Shown: one piece after another, positions 58,301 to 64,000 of the stretch
Numbering within the stretch: the stretch's first letter is position 1
Layout of the letters: each line of letters begins with the position of its first letter
NCBI GenBank assembly: GCA_965644315.1
Contig: CBFFRQ010000064.1
Location: 186,001 to 250,000 of the forward strand
Origin: Caecitellus pseudoparvulus
Lineage: Eukaryota; Protista; Bigyra: Bicosoecida
DNA length: 64,000 nt
Direction of reading: 5' to 3'
Program-made: the position numbers and the translations under genes
Notes under the pieces: generated by a model
Databases searched by the model: none
Seen by the model: only the letters and a program-made list of their open reading frames with translations
Told to the model about the DNA's origin: nothing

Positions 58301-61300
58301 CTCCAGCACCTCTTCGTGGAGCACTGTGGCGCTGCAAGATGAAGTCATCAAGCTGAGGGCGTGCACAGTGACCCCCAAGGGGGTGCAGGTGCTGCGCCCG
58401 GCGGCGCCCAGCGGCCACAAGGGCAGCACCACCGACACCTCCGACTCAGATGGTCGGTATGGCCGCCTACAGGCCCGCACGTCCAGCGAAGAAGGGCCCC
58501 CCCGTGCCTCCAGCAGGCCGCAGGGGCGCCGCAGGGGGTCTGGCGTGTCCACCATCGTGGAGGTTGAAGAGGAGGCTTCCGATCGGGGGGGCAGCCCAGT
58601 TCCCAGCGCCTTGGCCCCGACGGGCACAGATGGTGCGCCCGTGCAGGCCCGGCGCCACCGGTCATCCCTGGCGTTGACCTCGTCTGACGGGGAGACCGGG
58701 GGGAGGGAGTCCTCGGAGCCCAGCTCAGGCAAGGGCAAGAGGTCGCCCGGCCCCGCCCTCACAGAAGATGGGCGCCCCCTCTCCCAACAAGTGAGCGTGA
58801 CAGTCATGCCGCTGTCAGGCCTCTTCGTGGGGTGCGCCGGACACGCGCTCTTCGACGAGACGTACTACGGCTTTGTCATCGTGAGCAAGTACACGGAAGA
58901 CCGAGGCGGTGCCAAGGCGCTGCGCCACCGCAACACCGGCCCCCGAACCGTGGAGGTGACCCCCACCAGTGGCTACCCGCTGACGCCGCCTCCCCAAGCC
59001 ATGCCTCCCAGCGACGGCGACATGATGAGGAGTCCGACTGTGGATGGCAAAGTGGGCCCACCTCGCCGCAGGTCTTTGGCAGAAGCCAGTGTGGGGGGCG
59101 GCTCCTCTTCCTCGGCGTCGGCGGCAGGGGGTGGTATGGGTGCGTCGGGGCGCTACCTCATGCCCCCCGAAACTGGCCCAGGCGGGACGTCGTCCATGGT
59201 CACCGCTGAGGACACCGCGTCAGTGGGCTCCCGCATGACACGCGGGACGTATGGAGGCGCCGTGGGCCTCGCCCCTATCAAGACAGTGGACGACACGGTG
59301 CCAGACGAGAGCGGCGGCCTTCGTGCTGGGCGGGTCACTTCGTTGGGCGGCGGCAGCGTCCTTTCGGCGGGGCGCCATGCCACTGACATGACGGAGGAAC
59401 AGAGTGAGTTCCTCATTGACAGCCACATGCAGGGCCAGAGGACGGCCCGTGGCCAGCCCTCTGAGGGGCAAGCCGGGCGTGGCGTGCGGTTCAGCGGCGG
59501 CGGGGATCACATCACAGTGGGCACGCGTAATACGGCGGTGAGCTCCACCATGGCCATGCTGCAGGTCATGGTGTCTTCGTCGGATACCACGGGCATCGCT
59601 CCGCTGCGAACCGTGCACCGAGTGTTCCGGTCCTCAGTCATCTCCATGATTGTGTCCACGTTGATCCTGTTCTTCGTGTTCTTCTTCCTCCTGCACGCCG
59701 TGCTGCTGGACCAAATGACTTCCGTGGGAGACGTGCAGCAGCGCTTCCTGTCCACGTGGGGCTTGTACCACTCCCTGTTGGGAGCAGGGGGGCTGGCTGT
59801 GTCGGGGCTGGCGCCGCTTAACTTCACACAGTACGTGGAGGACATGGTGGACTCGCGGTCCTTCCTGAAAGCCCTGGATGAGAACATCTTGGAAGAGGCC
59901 CGCCGCCTCGGAGCCTTCACTCCCGCACCAGCAGGCACACTGCCTCTGCTCACTGAGCCGGCGACGCTGAACATTCCCTCCGGGGCAGGGGAAGGCAGTG
60001 CGGCGCATTTTTCGCTGCTGGAAGGGCTGGGCTTCCTGGATGTGCGCCTGGGCCAGTTCGTGCAGGCCCAGTCCCCCCTCGCGCTGTGGCCAGACAACGC
60101 CAATGCTTCTGCCCTCACTGACACGTCCGCACGTGCCATGGTTCGCACGCTGCGGGAGCAAGTCCTCCCAGCCTTGGCACAGCTCGCAGCCGCGAAAGGG
60201 CCGGATGTTGAAAGCCACTTGTTCTTCGAGGGTTGGTTGGACATGGGGCTCATGTCTGCATTTCTCCTGGTGCGGGGTGTCATCTTCGGCCTCATTGCCG
60301 CACGCGCTGCGCGGGAATTCGACGAACTCAAGAACGCACCGTTGAAGGCCATGGCGGGCATGAATGGGCGGACGCTGAAGCTGCTGCAGGCGAGGAGCGC
60401 AGAGCACCTGCGCAGCGCACTGGGGGTGGACGAAGATGAAGAGATGTGGGATGACGAGGGGAATTTGGACGACGTGGAGGCGGAGCTGGCGTTGGCGTTG
60501 GGAGAACGGGGTGTGGAACGTGCTGTGGGCTCCCCCATGCGCAGGCCCAAGCGCCACACGTCAGACATGGGGGGCGCAGCGGGAACTCCGTCACACAGCA
60601 GCTCCTCCCACCTGGCAGAGTCCCAGCGCGACGTGGCTGTGCAGCATGGGGCGGGCGTGCGAGCCATGCAAAACCGCCGCGGTTCCACCGGCACCTACGC
60701 TTCCAGTCAGTTTACCGGCGCGAGTGGCGACACACACCTGCGGGAGATGCTTGCCAACAGGAGCTTCGCCCGGACTGCCGCACGCGCTGCGGCTGCGGTG
60801 GACATGCACCCCACCACCCCGACTCGCTCCACGACGCAGCCAGTCCGTGGCACACCCGCGAAGGAGAGTAAGGCTGCCCGCCCGCCGCTGGACCGGTCGG
60901 GCTCCAAGGGGGGCGTGGACAGCGGGGGAGACAGTTCAGCTTCCTCGGGACGCAGGGCACCCGTGACGCTGGCGGAACAAGAGCAGGGTGCGCCCACTGA
61001 CGTCTCAGCCTCCTCTTCTTCGGAACGTGCGCTGGTCCAGGAGGAAGGAGGCACTGGCGTGCCCTCTGGTCCAGCCCATGCGCTGCGGGCGGACGGCATC
61101 CCCCACAAAGTCCGCACACGAGTGCGGGCCGTGTCAGCGGGCCACATCCCGCAGGCGACTGGGGGCTCCCCCATGCCTGGGGGTGGTGACCCGCCAGTCG
61201 CAGTCGCTGTGCATCTGCAGCCCAAGTCCCCCTACGTGCCAGCTGGAGGTGTGCCCCCTCGGCACTCGTCGGATGTGTACACCACCCCGCAGAAATCAGC

Positions 61301-62582
61301 ACCTGGTGGTGCATCTGCCCAGGACTCGTCGGGATACACGACGTCGCTGTACCACAGCAGCAGTGGCCAGACATCCGAAGTGAGCCTGCAGATGAGCAAG
61401 GTGGCCGAGGGTCTGCTGACGCCTACTCCCAAACGCCGCAGAACGCGGCGGAGACGCTTGCCGACAGTGCGAACCTTCAAGGACACTGCGAAGTACCGCA
61501 AGTGGGCGACACTGGTGCTCATGGCCCCCACGATTATCGTCATGGTGCACATCGCGACGGTGATGATCGTGCAGACCACTTTCTGCCTGGCCATGAGCTC
61601 CGCAGTGCAGGAGATGCACGCGGCGACCACCATGGCTGGGCACCTAATGCGGGCGCAAGCGCACTTGCTGCAGGGGACCCTCGCCCCTGACTCCCGTGAG
61701 GAGCAGGCCAGCGCATTGAATGCGACCCTGCAGGAAGGTGTTGCAGTGCGTGATGCCTTGCAGTCACTGCTGCACGGCGCAGAGACGGACTTCCTCCAGG
61801 CACGCATCACAAACCCGTACGCCAGCAACACGCTGCCACCCCTGGACACCGAATCAGCGACATACCTGCGCCTTCGCTCGGATGGATGCGTTCGTGGCCA
61901 GCCTCGTGGCTTGGCTGGCTCCGAGTTGCTGGCGCAGCACAAACTGACATGCGCACAGTACAACGACGGCCTGCTGGCCAGGGGGCTGCTGGATGGGATC
62001 TACCACTACCTGAGCTTGTTGGATCGCATTGTGGAAGCCCAGAGGGTCCGCTTGGCGGCTGCAGGCCCAGGGCAAGTGGCCGCGGCAGATGCTGACACAC
62101 CAGGGGTGGGCCCACTCCTTAGCGAGGCCGTGGAGTTGCACACATTGTACCTGGCCCCCTCCGCCTTGACCATGGTGGAGGAGGAGCGACAGTGGCTTTT
62201 GGACCGCAGCGAGTGGCTCATGATGCTAGTGCATGTCACGAACCTGTGCTCTGGGCTGTTGAATTTCCTCATCATGGTCACCGTCGCATACCCGCTGGTA
62301 GCCGCCCTTACCTCCCACGTGCTGGCTTCTCGAGCGCTCATGCTGACGCTGCCACCGGAAGTCGTACAGCAGGTCCCTGTGCTGCGCAAGGAGTTGTACT
62401 CCATGACCAAGGAAATTCGCGGCGCCAAGCAAACCGAGCGCAACGCCATCAACGTAGCAGCCAAAGGCGGCAGCGGGCAGGGGGGGGACGTCACGTCCCT
62501 CATCATGAGAGCGGACATCGTGCTGGGCAATCAAAGTGGCGCTTCGGCGCTGGGTGGCAACCCCGTGCACGCAAGGTCGTGA
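55306..62582 (+). CDS. TmcB/TmcC-like multi-pass membrane protein with PAS domain; exons 55306-55667, 55829-62582
   Basis: A 161-nt in-phase intron; N-terminal TM bundle, helical repeat (PTSPEVLRAYAAFL), PAS (GDIIACNAASCRIFGRARSEMLGANVRVLVPAP), two further TM-loop-TM units ending RALMLTLPPEVV. Confidence 0.8.
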
Positions 62583-62608
62583 AAATACACCCAATTCCAT
62601 CGCTACCG

Positions 62609-62940
62609 TTACGAGGCAGGTGCGGAAGTTGGCGCCTCCACCCCAGCCTTGCCTGCCTCTCCCTTTCCAGGCTGGCTGCCAAACTCGCAGTGGAACCTGT
62701 GCATGGAGGTTTGGGGGGCCTACCTTGACAGAGCTGTGCGAAAAGCTGTGTTCTCCGCCAGCAAGTGCCTCACATTCCCGAAAACATGTGGCCTACCTCC
62801 TGTAGCTGCTGCACTGTGGCGGCTGAGCTGGACGTCTGGCTCGAAAGACCCGCCATGGCACCACTCAGCTGTTGCAGCCGATTCTGCAAGACTGTGTACA
62901 GCTCATCTTTGGACTTATCTTCGAGTCCTGGTGTTGCCAT
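62609..62940 (-). CDS. Small coiled-coil protein, DASH/Dam1 complex subunit Hsk3-like (84 aa); exons 62940-62774, 62696-62609
   Basis: 77-nt GTGAG...CACAG intron in phase. KDELYTVLQNRLQQLSGAMAGL...LQEVGHMFSGMF follows the recalled Hsk3 pattern without gaps. Confidence 0.6.
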
Positions 62941-63169
62941 GGCTGTGCAGCGAGGAGTAAGGTACTCAGCCTGCAACGGCAGTGAGTCTTAGCCTGCGCG
63001 GACAGCCTGCCGATGGACAGAGGGCTGATCAATGGGACGAGTGCGCACTTTCGCACAAACGGTGTGTTCCCTTCCGTCCATCACGGTTTTGTCGGCGACC
63101 CTGCGTGTGCTACAGAGACGCAGCCCCCCCCCATGTCCACAAGCCCAAGCGCTCAGGCGACAGCTCAGT

Positions 63170-64000
63170 ATGGCCTCCTTTTCCTTCAGCTTCTTCGGAG
63201 ACGAACCAATGGAGAGTGGGGAAGAGCTTAGGAAAACAGCAGGTGCAGAAGATTCTAGCGGAGGGGATTCTTCGGCGACAAAGGCAGTGCAGAGTGGACT
63301 GGAGCAGCCATGCTCCGTGGTGCCGTTCTCGTTTTCCGCAGCCGGGAGCTGGACCGAGAAGCCTCTCTTTCCAAATGGGTTGCCCTGTGCCGCAAAAAGC
63401 GACGGTACTGAGCTTCTTCAAGGCATAAAGCAAGTCTTACCATCTTCAGCTGCAGCCCCTGGGCTCAGCACTGACCTCGCCAGCATTGCCAGCACGCGAG
63501 ACGTGGAGCCTGGCAGCTACGAAGGCGGATTCAAGACGTGGGAGTGCACGAAGGACGTCATCCAGTGCTTGGCCTGCCACCCAGAGCTCATTTCACATGA
63601 CAGCTTGGTGGTTGACCTCGGTTGTGGCACGGGCCTCGCTGGTTGCGCAGCACTACTGATGGGCGCGCGAGTGGTCTTCCAAGACCTGAATGCCGACGTG
63701 CTGTCCGATACCACCACAGCCCACATCGCGAGCAACACGCCTAGTGCATCCACCGAGAATGTTGCTTTGGTGGCAGGGCCGTGGCGCGCGCTGCCTGGCT
63801 TTCTGCCCCGCGCAGGGGATGCTGGAGAGCTTCCGTCGTGGGCCACCCCGCCAGCACATTTGGTCGTCTCATGTGAAACGCTGTACCGGGTGGAGTACTT
63901 GACGCAGTTCACGGACGCGTTACTTGCATGCATGGGGCTAGGCAGTACTGCCATCCTGGGCACCAAGCGGTACTACTTTGGGGTGGGAGGGGGCACAGAT
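63170..64000 (+). CDS. METTL18: Histidine protein methyltransferase 1 (3'-partial)
   Basis: Open frame from ATG 63170 (MASFSFSFF) to the window end: YEGGFKTWEC, VVDLGCGTGLAG, FQDLN, ETLY, KRYYFGVGGG. Absent from the ORF track because there is no stop in the window. Confidence 0.92.
   Translation, partial: MASFSFSFFGDEPMESGEELRKTAGAEDSSGGDSSATKAVQSGLEQPCSVVPFSFSAAGSWTEKPLFPNGLPCAAKSDGTELLQGIKQVLPSSAAAPGLSTDLASIASTRDVEPGSYEGGFKTWECTKDVIQCLACHPELISHDSLVVDLGCGTGLAGCAALLMGARVVFQDLNADVLSDTTTAHIASNTPSASTENVALVAGPWRALPGFLPRAGDAGELPSWATPPAHLVVSCETLYRVEYLTQFTDALLACMGLGSTAILGTKRYYFGVGGGTD

Overview
Gene-dense, GC-rich (roughly 65%, by eye) eukaryotic nuclear DNA with short GT-AG introns (mostly 60-110 nt, donors often GTGCGT/GTGAG, acceptors YGCAG/CACAG). 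It is probably from a flagellated protist (AK7, ARL3); a heterotrophic stramenopile-like organism is my inference, not proven. I reconstructed 18 protein-coding genes, many spliced and therefore mis-called or missed by the ORF track: RMD1/DUF155 (partial), strumpellin/WASHC5, an orphan ORF, TrpG-type amidotransferase, a bZIP factor, RPL9, an Ig-PH/coiled-coil protein, a type II membrane protein with a repeat stalk and an uncharacterised C-terminal domain, AK7, an Arc1/AIMP1-like aaRS cofactor, ARL3, two near-identical ~3956-aa secreted Cys-rich/FN3-like giants (about 40% of the window), a DP transcription factor, TAF2, a TmcB-like PAS membrane protein, a small Hsk3-like (DASH/Dam1) gene and METTL18/HPM1 (partial). 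The most interesting items are the duplicated giant secreted proteins with RxLx(D/E/Q) motifs and a basic tip, the stalked type II surface protein, the Hsk3-like gene and a palindromic AATGCATT motif in the tiny gaps between convergent genes. No RNA genes, transposons, viral inserts or CRISPR arrays were seen. All family assignments come from motif recall without database searches.
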